From: a virus
Taxonomy: Duplodnaviria > Caudoviricetes
DNA: 53,552 bases
IMG/VR virus record: IMGVR_UViG_3300046656_000217
Span: 1 to 53,552 of that record
Reading direction: 5' to 3' (one strand)
Shown here: piece by piece, positions 52,552 through 53,552 of the stretch
Layout of the letters: every line of letters begins with the position of its first letter
How positions within the stretch are numbered: position 1 is the first letter of the stretch
Made by a program: the position numbers and the translations under genes
Notes under the pieces: model-generated
The model's database searches: none
Told to the model about the DNA's origin: nothing
Seen by the model: the letters and a program-made list of their open reading frames with translations, nothing else

Positions 52552-52836
52552 CTAAACGACCCTGCGGACGGAAAATCCTACCGGTGCGTCCTCGTCGAGT
52601 GCGGAAAGAACTTCGCCTCTTGGTGCCACCGCGAAACGCCCCTCCTCGGCATTGACCGACGTGCAAGCGCCGTTGAGGTCCGATCCGGCCGGCAATCCGA
52701 TAAATCGAAACGGCGTCCCGCACTCGACGCACTTTATCCGCACGTCGGCCTGCCATCGTTCGACGGGACCGCCTTCGCCCATCTGGATACGGTTGACGTC
52801 CACTTCGGCGGCGAAGTTCATGTGCGCGCACTTCAA
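52552..52836 (-). CDS. Small hypothetical protein with CxxC
   Basis: Fills gap between portal and FmdB-like gene. Confidence 0.5.
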   Translation of the reverse strand: MKCAHMNFAAEVDVNRIQMGEGGPVERWQADVRIKCVECGTPFRFIGLPAGSDLNGACTSVNAEEGRFAVAPRGEVLSALDEDAPVGFSVRRVV

Positions 52837-52845
52837 GGAAGACTC

Positions 52846-53552
52846 CTACGCGGCCATCGCGGGTTGGGGTGTGCCGCCCTTGGCGCCGCCCTTGCCCGGT
52901 TCCGGGGCCGGCGCACCCGGCGGCAGGGTGGGCCCCATGCCGGGCATCATGAGCGGGGCGAAGTTGACGAGCGACTGATCGATGTCCATCGACTTCTTCC
53001 AGAGGGCGAGAATCTGGTTCACCGCGTCGATGTTCCCGGTCATCTGGAAATACTGAATGGCGATCGGCATGACGTTCTGCATGAGTGCCGTCGCGTTCTC
53101 CGCGTCCCGGCTGCGGTTCGGCTTCCGGATCGAACCGGCCTCGACCCGGTATTGAAGATCGTACAGCATCGACGCCGGATCCTGATTCACCACAAGCATC
53201 TGCCAGAGGGCGGCGCCGGGCTTGCCAAGGAACGGCATGACGTCGTTGCCCTGAAGGTGCCACCGGCTCGCGAACGCCTCCCGGCGGGCGATGAGCGATT
53301 GCCAGTCCTCGACCCGGTTCGCCATGTCCTCGGGGCGGATGTTCGCCTGGTCCTTCTTGATCTCGGCTTCCGCGGCCGAGCGGTACTGCCGGTTCGACTG
53401 GCCGTACATGAGTTCCGACAGACCCGTCGCCTTGTCGAACCACCCTTCCAGCATCTCGATGATCTGCCACATGTCGGTGTTCGCCGGCATCTGTTGAATG
53501 AACTGCACCGCTTCCCGGGCGTCCTTGTACTCCTCGGTCAGTTCCAGAAGCG
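52846..53552 (-). CDS. Portal protein, C-terminal part (truncated by window end)
   Basis: 'DKATGLSELMYG...RSAAEA', 'YRVEAGS.RKPN' typical of P22-like portals; Pro-rich tail. Confidence 0.75.
   Translation of the reverse strand, partial: LLELTEEYKDAREAVQFIQQMPANTDMWQIIEMLEGWFDKATGLSELMYGQSNRQYRSAAEAEIKKDQANIRPEDMANRVEDWQSLIARREAFASRWHLQGNDVMPFLGKPGAALWQMLVVNQDPASMLYDLQYRVEAGSIRKPNRSRDAENATALMQNVMPIAIQYFQMTGNIDAVNQILALWKKSMDIDQSLVNFAPLMMPGMGPTLPPGAPAPEPGKGGAKGGTPQPAMAA

Overview
The window looks like most of a GC-rich tailed phage (or prophage) genome with podovirus-like morphogenesis genes. The host is probably a Planctomycete (Gemmataceae-like); this is inferred from a CsrA homolog, sigma54-type promoter motifs and a Gemmata-type 'ADxLEExG' motif. 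Minus strand 1-11 kb: head genes (scaffold, major capsid, decoration), a sigma-70-family factor and small accessory genes. Plus strand 11.6-33.4 kb: early cassette array (DUF932, AAA+ ATPase, CsrA), recombination/replication genes (ERF, YqaJ, ParB-like, SF2 helicase, Ref-like HNH, RusA-like), a dual-frame C5 methyltransferase, a ~450-nt structured non-coding region and a serine recombinase. Minus strand 33.4-53.5 kb: portal C-terminus, adaptor, tail/nozzle, LamG proteins and internal virion proteins. No terminase, DNA polymerase, primase or lysin was recognised. Main candidates for novelty: (1) three tandem internal-virion paralogs sharing an N-terminal module but carrying different cargo (ADP-ribosyltransferase-like, kinase-like, large unknown); (2) eight early genes with a shared GAGGGTCTG leader, three behind sigma54-type promoters, plus a nearby hairpin RNA complementary to that leader; (3) five 21-bp palindromes, one inside the ParB-like gene; (4) the large structured RNA candidate. 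All protein family calls come from motif recognition by eye, not database searches.
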